A stretch of 64,000 nt of DNA from Octopus sinensis (Eukaryota), in contig NC_043019.1 of assembly GCF_006345805.1 (NCBI RefSeq), positions 4,091,360-4,155,359 on the forward strand, written 5' to 3'. Positions within the stretch are counted from its first letter, which is position 1; each line of letters opens with the position of its first letter. A program made the translations under genes and the position numbers. Below are positions 1 to 11,718 of this stretch, piece after piece. The notes beneath the pieces were generated by a model, which saw only the letters and a list, made by a program, of their open reading frames with translations, was not told the DNA's origin and made no database searches.

Positions 1-25
1 ATACGTACACCGACTTCGTCAATAC

Positions 26-379
26 ATGTCTCACCTTGCCCCTGCGAGCACCCGTCAACAGAACACGAACACACATGTACCTGCAGACATTAGCGAATGG
101 ACGCACGTTTTTGTTAGAAATGACACCATCTCCACTAATCTTCAACCTCCATATTCTGGCCCTTACCGTGTCCTAGAAACACACCCAAAATATTTTGTCA
201 TCGATCAAAATGGTAAACAGAATTCTGTCAGTATGGACAGATTTAAAAAAGCCATCATGGACACGATTACGGTTTCTATGCCAGAAACACCAGCAGCTTG
301 CATTCCCAGCAAACCGCCTGTTTCATCTCCTGTCACAAGAAGTGGACGACGTGTCCATTGGCCCGCCAAGTTGGCCTAA
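26..379 (+). CDS. pol: C-terminal end of Ty3/gypsy pol (integrase tail), element 1; runs off the left edge of the window
   Basis: WTHVFVRND...PPYSGPYRV (GPY/F motif) closely parallels the integrase tail of the element at 6157-7536 (WTHVFVRND...PPYSGPYKV); followed by a purine tract and an LTR-like sequence. Confidence 0.9.
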   Translation: MSHLAPASTRQQNTNTHVPADISEWTHVFVRNDTISTNLQPPYSGPYRVLETHPKYFVIDQNGKQNSVSMDRFKKAIMDTITVSMPETPAACIPSKPPVSSPVTRSGRRVHWPAKLA

Positions 380-711
380 TACGTGAAATATCATTAAAAC
401 CGAGTTTTCACAAACATGCTTCTTGCGAAACATTCCTATATTGCTTGTTTCTAATCTTTCCTGCACCATTTAGTGACCATGTGCTCATGTTGTCGTTGTC
501 ACGAAAAACATTATTTATTACCGGTAGTTTCTCTGCCCGTGGGACTTTTTGTCACGCAATCCACAGGCAGATCAACCCAAATCCAACAGGCTCATTCATC
601 ATTTTGTAGTTCATTTTTATCTGTTTATATATATATATTTTTTCTTTTCTCTGACTCATCACTGTACGATTTGTCGCTCTTTTGTTGTACAAAAGATCTG
701 GCAGGGGGCTA

Positions 712-1350
712 TGTACAGTCACCGGAAGTAACTTGCACGGACACCGGAAATACATCTGCCATCACCAGAGAAAACAAAGCAACTACCCCCAGCGACTTGC
801 CTGACCTTTCATTGGACAAAAGCTACCTACCTGCCATTCTATTGGACACTGGCAAAACATCACTGCTGATATTTTTGTATAAATAGACATGATAAATCGC
901 TGTAAAGGTAGTTGGATTTTTAAAGGCGGCGAGCTGGCAGAAACGTTAGCGCGCCGGGCGAAATGCTTAGCGGTATTTCGTCTGCCGTTACGTTCTGAGT
1001 TCAAACTCCGCTGAGGTCGACTTTGCCTTTCATCCTTTCGGGGTCGATTAAATAAGTACCAGTTACGCACTGGGGTCGATGTAATCGACTTATTCAGTTT
1101 CTCTGTCCTTGTTTGTCCCCTCTGTGTTTAGCCCCTTGTGGGTAGTAAAGAAATAGGTAGTTGGATTTTTGGTACTCGACTGATGTAAATCGGTTCCGTC
1201 TCGCCTGCCACGCTCGCCACTCACGCCGCCTCGAACCTTTGTACTGCTATTTCACGCCTGAAATAAATCGCTGTATAAACTTACACCTCTTGTCTGCTCG
1301 TCATTTCAACTACTGCTTTCGTCTGTCCTGTTTTGCTGATTACGACCACA
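712..1350 (+). mobile_element. Probable 3' LTR of gypsy element 1, interrupted by a SINE
   Basis: Purine tract GGCAGGGGGC at 700-709, then TGTA at 712; candidate CA end at 1349-1350; AATAAA near 1262. The partner LTR is outside the window, so the end is not confirmed. Confidence 0.65.
922..1154 (+). mobile_element. tRNA-derived SINE (family A) inserted into the LTR
   Basis: A-box-like GGCGAGCTGGCAG and B-box-like GAGTTCAAACTCC; flanked by a 16-bp direct repeat AGGTAGTTGGATTTTT (906-921 and 1155-1170); many copies elsewhere in the window. Confidence 0.9.
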
Positions 1351-1525
1351 GTCCTTCTCAGGGCTAATTCAAGCCTGATCTGAATGCGATAACAGTCCTT
1401 TTTAGGACTACTCTCAGATCCGATCTAATTACGAGAACAGTCGTTTTTAGGACTATTCTTGGATCGGATCTAATTGCGATAACCGTCCTTTTAAGGGCTA
1501 CCCTCAGATCAGACCAGAAGTAGTG
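1349..1525. repeat. Degenerate ~45-bp tandem repeat, about 3.5-4 units
   Basis: Recurring GATCCGATCTAATTGCGATAACAGTCCTTTTTAGGACTACTCTCA-like unit. Confidence 0.75.
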
Positions 1526-1878
1526 GCCAAGAATCATACCCGCTACATATATATAGATTTTGAAGGCACGTGACTTAAGGACAAAGAGTATTTGTCTCAC
1601 GGTCAGCCCGGGGCTATAGTAGAAGACACTTGCCCAAGGTGCCACGCAGTGGGACTGAACACGGAACCATGTGAATCCCGTGTAAAGATTAATATTTATA
1701 TCAGGATATAGAAATTTTAACTAATCTCGGAGACTGGCAGTTTCATGCTGTTTTTCTTCGTCAGTTTCACACCTAACGTAATTATCACCCGACCATCCTT
1801 CCATACAAACACCCCGTTCTGTTTCGTTCTGACCGACAGAAGAACCAAACACGTCTACATTCACTAAACAAATTATAC

Positions 1879-2316
1879 GGATCTTTTCCTTTTGAACGGC
1901 AGTTGGTAACATAATTTCTAGGTAACTAAAAAGTTTTAAACTTCGGATGCTGGCAGAATGTGTTTATAAAACATCTTTTTCTCTTGGTTTTATTGAGAAA
2001 ATTCTATAGGTTCTAACATATTTCGTCTGAAAATCCGAGCATTTCGGCAATTTTAACCAATCGATTGAACTAAAATCATTTGCTGCGTCTAAAACTGAGA
2101 CAACATCCTGTCACTAACCCTCAACCTAACCCTAACCCTATTTTTTTTTCTTAATTGTAAAATTAAACTACGTTAAACAAACAAATTACAATTTTCTCAA
2201 GAAAGCCAAGAGAAAAAAATGTTTTATTTTGACACATTCTACCAGTATACGAAGTTTTAAAGTGTTTAGTTAACTAGAAATTGTGTTGAAAACTGCCGTT
2301 CAAAAGGAAAAGATCC
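1879..2316. mobile_element. MITE with long imperfect terminal inverted repeats (hAT-like by target-site length)
   Basis: GGATCTTTTCCTTTGAACGGCAGTT...AACTGCCGTTCAAAAGGAAAAGATCC; 8-bp flanks AATTATAC / AATTATGC; central TAACCCT repeats. Confidence 0.8.
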
Positions 2317-2820
2317 AATTATGCAGAATATGCTCTTGAGACAATAATACACCGGGGAGTGTAACAAAGAGAATAATTGGCTCTGATCTACTGGTATGTT
2401 TGTTGTAGGCGATTGTTTGTTGACACAGTGGGAATAGTAAACTACGTGTGTATGTGACTAGGTTTTATGATAGGAGTATGTAGAGGTGGGTCAGGGATAC
2501 GGAGGTGTCTAGGTTAAGGACCATCTAGAGTGATTCTGGGATCTTTTCGGTTTGAAGGGCAGTTTTTCTAGCGGTGTCATATGAATTGTCACCCATATTA
2601 TGATCCTAGTATCGATCTATTGCATTTCAATCTGTTTTAGGATTAGGGTTAGTTAGGATTAGGGTTAGGGGTGGGGGGAAGAGTATCTTTTTTTCTTCAC
2701 AAATGTAAATATACCCAATCTGTTTCTTAAACGAGGGACATATTCAAACGGCACAGAATGTTTCTTTTACCTCAATAGACGTCATTGATTGGTTGAAATT
2801 GCAGAAATTGAAGAAAAAAA

Positions 2821-3401
2821 TGTAAGAATTAGCACTTCCTTCTCAAAGCTTGGATTCGAAATCAGACCCAAGAATCATTGGTCGTAAAATACCAATGCAC
2901 AAAAAGGCGCGAAATCAGAATCTCTTTGTTCTGACAAAAAATGATGGATCGTCTCCCTTCGACCTCTGACCCGAGCAGGTCAGGCGAAGTTTAACAGGAC
3001 GACCAGCGACCTACTGTACGCAATAACACTCTTGCGGTATATCTATTTTTCTGGCTATTTGAGATGTTATAAATAGAACGGAGAAATAGGTATCTGGAGA
3101 GAAGCCGAACCAACGTTTAAGAGAACGTCACGCATTTATGAGGACGACGAAAGAATATTCAGAAAGGTGACTCTGTACTGCATGATTTACACACACACAC
3201 ACACACACATCAAACATATTCTGCTTTAATGTGTATCCTGTATTATGCATTCCTTTAAATGTATTATTTGCAACCACTATTTAATATGCATTTTGTACAA
3301 GCGATGTGTAACATTGCTTACAAATTGATGTAGTGATAATAAATCTTTAATTTATTACAAAGCACTTATGTATTTATTAATACATCCACGCATCCACTAC
3401 A
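2821..3401 (+). repeat. 5' LTR of element 2
   Basis: TGTAAGAATTAGCAC...CATCCACTACA; matches 8106-8704. Confidence 0.97.
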
Positions 3402-3403
3402 TT

Positions 3404-3414
3404 TGGTGACCCCG
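3404..3414 (+). promoter_or_regulatory. Primer-binding site complementary to tRNA-Trp 3' end
   Basis: TGGTGACCCCG two bases after the LTR; the same 11-mer starts the tRNA-Trp PBS of avian leukosis viruses. Confidence 0.8.
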
Positions 3415-3519
3415 TAAAACGAATCGCGCCTTCCCTGGAACCAGCTTCATCAACCGCGTCGAAGAATTACAGTTTGCACATCACCAGCAACGAAGCAACT
3501 GAAAATTCCGACAAAAACA

Positions 3520-4394
3520 ATGAATCTCCCGGAACAAAACCCAGCGGCCAACATCGACATGGCATTCCAAGCGGCGATCTCGTTAAAAATTCCACCATTC
3601 TGGACCCACGACCCGACATTGTGGTTTCACCATATAGAGGCACAGTTTGCCTCTCACAGAATATCGAGCGATGCGGCTCGACTTTCTCACGTTATCAGTT
3701 CTCTGTCACCAGAAATAACGAACGTGATACGCGACCTTATCATGGCACCACCCGGTTCTGTTTCATATGAAGTTTTTAAAACCACGTTAATAAACAGAAC
3801 CTCAGAATCCCAACAAAAAAGACTTCACCAGCTTCTGATATCGGAAGAATTGGGTGACAAAACGCCGTCCCAGCTTCTTCGGAGAATGAAACAGCTTCTC
3901 GGAGATGAGACGCTCCCAGAAAAAATCTTCAAGCAACTTTTTCTCCAGCGTCTGCCCTCCAATACCCAGGTTGTTCTCGCGTCCACCAGAGAAAAACATC
4001 CCTTGAAGAACTGGCGGAGCTAGCTGACAAAATAGCCGAAGTACCGCACAGATATCCAACGGTATCGACGGTGACGCCAGCCGCTCCCAGTACCAATCCT
4101 TTCCGTGCACAAACCAGTTCTTCAGAGATTTCGGATTTGCGTGCATTAATGACGCAGCAAGCTGCGCAAATACAAATTCTCACAGCCCAAATACAAGCCC
4201 TAAAGTTTAGTCCCCAGCGTCGAAGCACCAGCCGATCTCGACGAGATGGCAGACGGTCTCGAAGCCCCAGTGCTACCCGAAACTCACATGACACGTGTTG
4301 GTACCACCGAACATTCGGAACACGGGCACAAAAATGTACGGTACCGTGCTCGTTTTCCTCACCCAGTTCGGGAAACGGCACAGCCAGGAATTGA
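3520..4394 (+). CDS. gag: Gag, with one apparent 1-bp deletion near 3990
   Basis: [21 protein letters not shown]...[13 protein letters not shown]; adding one A to the run at ~3990 gives [17 protein letters not shown] and joins ORF 4071-4394 with [18 protein letters not shown] knuckle. Confidence 0.88.
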
Positions 4395-7300
4395 ACGCGA
4401 CGGAAGTTCCTGGTTCGCACCCACACAGTCGCCTGTTTTTCGTTTGCGATCGTGTAACAGGCACGCGTTTCCTGGTTGACACAGGTGCGGAAGTCAGCAT
4501 CATCCCAGTCTCCAACACTTCTGGAAAAAGAAAAGAGACATCAGTCTGTCTTCAGGCAGTCAACCATTCACCCATTCCAACCTACGGTGAACAGTCCCTA
4601 ACATTAAACATAGGACTACGCCGCACATTTCAGTGGGTATTCGTCGTCGCTAAACTGCCGACCCCTATCTTAGGAGCCGATTTCCTGCATCATTTCGGTC
4701 TCCTGGTAGACATAAAGAACAGACGACTTGTCGACACCACCACCAAGCTTACTGTGCGCGGTATAGCCGCTCGAATGGACACAGTCAGCCCAACTGTAAT
4801 GCTTACGACAACGACTCGTCACAGTTCCATCCTGAATGATTATCCAGATGTCGCCCGGCCAGTTTTTCATAACCAGCCGATAAAGCACGACGTTACCCAC
4901 CACATCAAAACCAGCGGTCCACCTGTTGCTGCAAGGCCCAGAAGGTTACCACCTGATCGTCTCCAGGCCGTCAAGCGGGAATTCCAGCACATGCTCGACC
5001 TCGGAATCATCCGCGTTTCCAGCAGCAACTGGTCCTCGCCGATACACTGCGTCCCAAAAAAATCATCGACCGATTGGCGGGTTTGCGGCGATTATCGATC
5101 ACTGAATAAAAGCACTATCAGTGATGCCTATCCGGTGCCTTTTCTTCAGGACTTTTCGAGCTCGCTGCATGGAGCTCGCATCTTTTCAAAAATCGACCTG
5201 GTGCGAGCATACAACCAAATCCCAGTCGAACCTGCAGACATCTCAAAGACAGCAGTGACTACACCTTTCGGAATGTTTGAATTCCTGCGTATGCCTTTCG
5301 GTTTACGAAACGCGGCACAGACATTCCAAAGGTTTATCGACATGGTGACTAGAGGTTTGCCTTTCGTCTATGCCTACATAGACGACATACTCGTGGCCAG
5401 TAACTCGGACGAAGAGCATAATCAACACCTTCACCTGCTATTCGAACGTTTACGTAAATTCGGAATTGTTATCAACCCTACTAAATGTTTGTTCGGAGTT
5501 GCTTCCCTTCATTTTCTCGGCCATATAGTCGATAAAAATGGAATTCGTCCCCTTCCCGAGAAAGTCAAGGCCATCGTGGATTTTCCACCACCCACATCTC
5601 TCCGCAAATTAAGGGAATATCTCGGTCTAGCGAATTTCTATCGACGGTTCGTGCCCCACCTCGCTGAAATAGCGCAACCGCTCACGGATTTGCTACGTCA
5701 GCGAACCTGCAAAAACGCAGATATAGCTCTGACCGAAGATCAACTCGTTTCTTTCGCTGCCCTGAAAAAAGCGTTATCTAGCGCTACCATGTTGGTTTAT
5801 CCAAAACCAGACGCCCCACGATGTTTACTCGTTGATGCATCCGATTCCGGAATCGGAGGTGTGCTACAACAGCTTGTTGACGGTATATGGCAACCGTTGT
5901 CTTTCTTTTCTAAGCGGTTAAAACCCGCGGAAACCAAATACAGCACATTCAGTCGGGAATTATTGGCGGCATACCTGGCCGTTAAGCATTTCCGTCATAT
6001 GCTAGAAGGTACCAATTTTGCCATATATACCGACCACAAGCCATTAGTATACGCATTTAACACCAAACCGGATCGCCATTCGCCAGAGAAATACGCCACC
6101 TCGACTTCATATCGCAGTACACGACGGATATACGCCACATCAAAGGGACGACCAACGTGGCAGCCGATGCACTTTCACGTGCGCAGATCAATGCTATCCA
6201 CACCACGTCTACAATTGATCTGGCACGTATAGCAGCTGACCAGGAGAATGACGAAGAACTTCTAAAGCTCCGGAATTCGTCATCTCTGAAATTTCAGCAT
6301 GTTCCACTACCATCATCCACAGCCCATATTTGGTGTGATATTTCCACTGGTTACCAACGCCCTTATGTACCACAGAAATATCGTCGAGAAGTTTTCTCCG
6401 CTCTACATTCTCTGTCACATCCTGGTATTCGCTCCACTCAAAAGCTAATATCGACCCGTTTTGTGTGGACCAGTATCAACAAGGATATCAGAGAATGGAC
6501 CAAGTGCTGTGTTGCGTGCCAAAAAGCGAAAATCCACCGGCACATAAAATCACCAATCGGTTCATTTTCGCAGCCCGATGCACGATTTCAGCACGTTCAC
6601 ATTGATATCGTTGGACCCCTGCCACCTTCGCAGAACTATTCATATTTGCTAACTTGCGTAGATAGGTTCTCGCGATGGCCCGAAGCCTGGCCCCTATCTG
6701 ATATATCAGCAGAAACGGTCGCTAAAACGCTGATATCACAATGGGTTTCGCGTTTTGGCACACCCGCAACAATTACCACCGACAGAGGACGTCAGTTCGA
6801 TTCCCACCTTTTCACCGAGCTGACTCGTCTCCTCGGGTGTAAACACACCCGCACTACAGCTTACCACCCTGCAGCAAATGGCATGGTGGAACGCTTTCAC
6901 CGCCAACTCAAGGCATCTATAAAAGCAGCTCCAGACAGTTCTCACTGGTTGGAACATCTCCCTCTCATCCTCCTTGGAATTCGATCCACGATTAAGGAAG
7001 AACTGGGATATACTCCGGCCGAACTCGTTTATGGCACAACACTCACCTTACCTGGGCAGATGATCGAACCTGTTTCACAAAACTTCCCTGACCCACAACA
7101 ATATGTGCACCGATTACGAACATCCATGTCGCAAGTATCACCCTCAGGCCCCAGACAACAGAACGTCGTTTCACGTGTCCCAAAAGATATCAACACATGG
7201 ACTCATGTCTTCGTGAGGAATGATGGGATACCCTCTCAACTTCGACCACCATATTCCGGGCCCTACAAGGTCATCAAAAGAGAACCCAAGTATTTCGTCC

Positions 7301-7536
7301 TCGATATTGGAGGTAAACGAAATACGGTCTCGATTGATCGTTTAAAAAAAGCTTTCATCGAGGAGGACTTACATTCAGTCCCCTCTTTTCCTCAAACAGA
7401 CTCGGCAACTCCAGCGAACACCACAGATGCTGCACAACCCCGACACACCAAATCAGGAAGAACAGTTCGATGGCCAGCAAGGTTTGTGCAAGTTTTTCGG
7501 GTAAGTTCTGAACTCCTAACGTATCCATCTTCCTAA
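4370..7536 (+). CDS. pol: Pol polyprotein (protease, reverse transcriptase, RNase H, integrase), one apparent 1-bp deletion near 6088
   Basis: [10 protein letters not shown] protease; [11 protein letters not shown]; LLVDASD/TDHKPL RNase H; HSLSH...CVAC zinc finger, HIDIVGP...TDRG...ERFH DDE core, GPY motif. Confidence 0.95.
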
Positions 7537-8092
7537 TGAACACATAACTGCATCACCCACCCAGAGAAATCAAAGAACATTTGTGTACGTAAAGAAAAAA
7601 AAATGAAAACAAAAACTGTCTGTATGAACTTTTACGGAACATTTCAAAATCGAACTTTGCCGATGAACATTTCTTTCATTTTTGCATGTACATATTTTTT
7701 GTTTTCTCTTCAAAATGTTTGCTTTCTCATAAATATATTTTTTTGCTAACTGTATATCCACACACATTTACAAATCTTGTTCTCATGCGTGCTATCACTC
7801 GATTTTTTTTTTCGCCACTGAAAGATACCTTGTCTCTATTAGACCTCTAGTAGGTCGAGTAATCAATAGACGCACATCTCTTTCAACGCGCCAACATAAT
7901 TCTGCCTGGGCACATATACATATTGCCCACCATATAGCACATACAAATTGTAAACCTTTCATCCATATTTTTATCGTTCAATGTGTAAAAAAAATTTTTT
8001 TCTACATGCACACAATCAAAAAAAAAAAAAATAATAAAAATAATAATAATAATACATTTCCAATATCGTTCGATCTCTGTGGCTTTCTCACT

Positions 8093-8105
8093 AGAAGGGG
8101 GGTAG
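8093..8105 (+). promoter_or_regulatory. Polypurine tract
   Basis: AGAAGGGGGGTAG immediately before the 3' LTR. Confidence 0.85.
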
Positions 8106-8469
8106 TGTAAGAATTAGCACTTCCTTCTCAAAGCTTGGATTCGAAATCAGACCCAAGAATCATTGGTCGTAAAATACCAATGCACAAAAAGGCGCGAAAT
8201 CAGAATCTCTTTGTTCTGACAAAAAATGATGGATCGTCTCCCTTCGACCTCTGACCCGAGCAGGTCAGGCGAAGTTTAACAGGACGACCAGCGACCTACT
8301 GTACGCAATAACACTCTTGCGGTATATCTATTTTTCTGGCTATTTGAGATGTTATAAATAGAACGGAGAAATAGGTATCTGGAGAGAAGCCGAACCAACG
8401 TTTAAGAGAACGTCACGCATTTATGAGGACGACGAAAGAATATTCAGAAAGGTGACTCTGTACTGCATG

Positions 8470-8510
<41 letters not shown>

Positions 8511-8704
8511 ATCAAACATATTCTGCTTTAATGTGTATCCTGTATTATGCATTCCTTTAAAATGTATTATTTGCAACCACTATTTAATATGCATTTTGTA
8601 CAAGCGATGTGTAACATTGCTTACAAATTGATGTAGTGATAATAAATCTTTAATTTATTACAAAGCACTTATGTATTTATTAATACATCCACGCATCCAC
8701 TACA
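8106..8704 (+). repeat. 3' LTR of element 2
   Basis: By eye differs from the 5' LTR only in (CA)n length and one A in an A-run. Confidence 0.97.
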
Positions 8705-9060
8705 AAAAACAACAACAAATATCTTACAAACTATAGAATTTTCTCAATAAAGCCAAGAGAAAAATATGTTTTATAAACACATTCTACCAGTATACGAAGT
8801 TTAAAAGTGTTTAGTTACGTGGAAAATATTTTTTAAAAACTGCCGTTCAAACCGAAAAGATCCGCTATCTAGAGTGACTCTGTTTTAACGCACCCTTCTT
8901 TACCCGAGGGTGTGAGCCGAGGAAGATTTGGCTGCTATTTCTAGCAGGTCGAGCGACCGAGTAACGAGATTCTTGCTGATTGGTTGAAATTAAATTCGAC
9001 TTGTCGCAGTTCAGGATGTAACATGTCCGTGAGTCAGCTTGCCAGATTTTGCCGTACAGG

Positions 9061-9077
9061 CCGCATACACACACACA

Positions 9078-9108
<31 letters not shown>

Positions 9109-9420
9109 GTACACACACACACACACGTGCACACACACGTACACACACACACACACACAGACACACACACACGTACACACACACGTACACACACACACAC
9201 ACGTACACACACACACACACACACAGACACACACACACATACACACACACGTACACACACACATACACACACACGTACACACACACACACACACACACAC
9301 GTACACACACACGTACACACACACACACACACACACATACATACACACACACGTACACACACACACACGCATACACACACACGTACACACACACACGTAC
9401 ACACACACACACACACTCGT
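9061..9420. repeat. Compound (CA)n / CACACGTA microsatellite
   Basis: Direct reading. Confidence 0.95.
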
Positions 9421-9599
9421 CTCTCACTCATACATTCTTAGGCGATCATTCATTTTGAGTACGCAATAAAAACGAATATCCGTTAGTTTCCGATGGACGC
9501 TTGGAAGAAGCTATTGAGTGTACGTGTGTGTGTGTGTGTGTGTGTATGTGTGTGAGTGTGAGTGCGAGCATGCTTTTTCTGTATTTATTTATCTATGTG

Positions 9600-9913
9600 T
9601 ACGGAATGTTTGTTCCTTCTCGAGCCACCCCTGGCTCATAAGGACCGGTTTCCCGGTTTCCTTGGCCTATAGGTTCCCCACCTGGACGGGACGCCGGTCC
9701 ATCGCAGGTGAGCTGCAAGATGCAGGAGGAAAGAGTGAGAGAAAGTTGTGGCGAAAGAGTCAGCAGAAGTTTCGCCATTACCTTCTGCCGGAGCCGCGTG
9801 GAGCTTAGGTGTTTTCGCTCATAAACACACACATCGCCCGGTCTGAGATTCGAACCCGCGATCCCTCGACCGCGAGTCCGCCGCTCTAACCACTAAGCCA
9901 CGAACCTCCACGT
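9600..9913 (-). mobile_element. tRNA-derived SINE (family B)
   Basis: Reverse complement begins GTGGAGGTTCGTGGCTTAGTGGTTAGAGCGGCGGACTCGCGG...GGTTCGAATCTC; shares GAGCGAAAACACCTAAG body with 10130, 31020 and 35865 copies. Confidence 0.85.
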
Positions 9914-9923
9914 ATGGAGGTCG

Positions 9924-10089
9924 CATTTTAAACTTGGAGAAAAAAAAAGCCTCGTATATTTGTTCTTACCTGCTACATGTGCGTATGTAAAATCGCGTTT
10001 TCTTCTAGGAAATTTACAGATTTTTACATACACACCTGAACCAGGTAAGAACAAATGTGCAAGGCTTTTTTTTCTCCAATTTTAAAATG
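9924..10089. mobile_element. Small inverted-repeat element (MITE-like)
   Basis: GGAGAAAAAAAAAGCCTCGTATATTTGTTCTTACCTG versus CAGGTAAGAACAAATGTGCAAGGCTTTTTTTTCTCC. Confidence 0.65.
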
Positions 10090-10129
10090 AGACATTGTTT
10101 TTGTTACATCTACATTCCACACAGAAGTG

Positions 10130-10512
10130 GTGGAAGCACAATGGCCCAGTGGTTAGGGCAACGAACTCGCGGTCAGAGGATCGCGGTTTCGATTCCCAGA
10201 CCGGGCATTGTGAGTGTTTATTGAGCGAAAACACCTAAAGCTCTACGATGCTCCGGCAGAGGGTTGTGGTGAACCCTGTTGTACTCTCTCACCACAACTT
10301 TATCTCGCCCTTTCTTCCTGTTTCTCTTGTACCTGTATTTCAAAGGGTCAGCCTTGTCACATTCTGTGTGTCACGCTGAATCTCCTCGAGAACTACGTTA
10401 AGGGCACACGTGTCTGTGGAGTGCTCAGCCACTTGCACGTTAATATCACGAGCAAGCTGTTCCGTTGATCGTATCAGCTGGGACCCTCATCGTCGCAACC
10501 GACGGAGTGCTC
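10130..10512 (+). mobile_element. tRNA-derived SINE (family B), full length
   Basis: TGGCCCAGTGG A-box, GGTTTCGATTCCC B-box, tail CGTCGCAACCGACGGAGTGC. Confidence 0.85.
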
Positions 10513-10679
10513 CTACTACTACACACAGAACAAGCACGCAGTTGTCAAGGCAACAAGTGATTACGGAAACTAACAGAGTGTTTTTTTGTTTTTTGTTTTT
10601 TTGTGTCGTCTCAAAACGAATGATCGCCCATTCTCATTTACATGCGCTAAGCATTTCGATCGGCGTGCTAACGATTCTT

Positions 10680-11279
10680 ATTTCTTTACTGCCCGCAAGG
10701 GGCTACACACAGAGGGGACAAACAAGGACAGACAAACGGATTAAGTCGATTACATCAATCCTAGTGCGTAAATGGTACTTAATTTATCGACCCCGAAAGG
10801 ATAAAAGGCAAAGTCGACCTCGGCGGAATTTGAACTCAGAACGTAGCGGCAGACGAAATACCTATTTCTTTACTACCCACAAAGGGCTAAACACAGAGGG
10901 GACAAACAAGGACAAACAAAAGGATTAAGTCGATTACATCGACCCCAGTGCAAAACTGGTACTTATCGACCTCGAAAGGATGAAAGGCAAAGTCGACCTC
11001 GGCGGAATTTGAACTCAGAACGTAGCGGCAGACGAAATACCTATTTCTTTACTACCCACAAGGCGCTAAACACAGAGGGGACAAACAAGGACAGACAAAG
11101 GGATTAAGTTGATTACATCGACCCCAGTGCGTAACTGGTACTCAATTTATCGAACCAGAAAGGATAAAAGGCAAAGTCGACCTCGGCAGAATTTGAACTC
11201 AGAATGTAGCAACAGACGAAATACCACTAAGCATTTAACCTGATGTGGGCGTGCTAATGGTTCTGCCAGCTCGCCATCT
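10680..11279 (-). mobile_element. Head-to-tail trimer of SINE family A
   Basis: Three ~180-bp units joined at GACGAAATAC|CTATTTCTTTACTACCCAC; only the last unit carries the complete head. Confidence 0.9.
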
Positions 11280-11280
11280 T

Positions 11281-11718
<438 letters not shown>

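Larger units (their letters stand above)
2821..8704 (+). mobile_element. Full-length Ty3/gypsy LTR retrotransposon (element 2)
   Basis: Two LTRs (TG...CA), PBS, gag, PR-RT-RH-IN order, PPT, A-run flanks (AAAAA) on both sides. Confidence 0.97.
2539..8863. mobile_element. Related MITE split by insertion of gypsy element 2
   Basis: TIRs GGATCTTTTCGGTTTGAAGGGCAGTTTT (2539) and AAAACTGCCGTTCAAACCGAAAAGATCC (ends 8863); internal halves 2539-2820 and 8705-8863. Confidence 0.8.

Noticed and set aside
2115-2140. Telomeric repeats (TAACCC/TTAGGG)
   Set aside because: Only a few imperfect units, internal to MITEs (also 2640-2670)
8865-9469. Long VC/TH-rich ORFs
   Set aside because: Translations of a (CA)n microsatellite
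10130-10205. tRNA gene
   Set aside because: A and B boxes are present, but it continues into a SINE body repeated several times in the window and has no good acceptor stem
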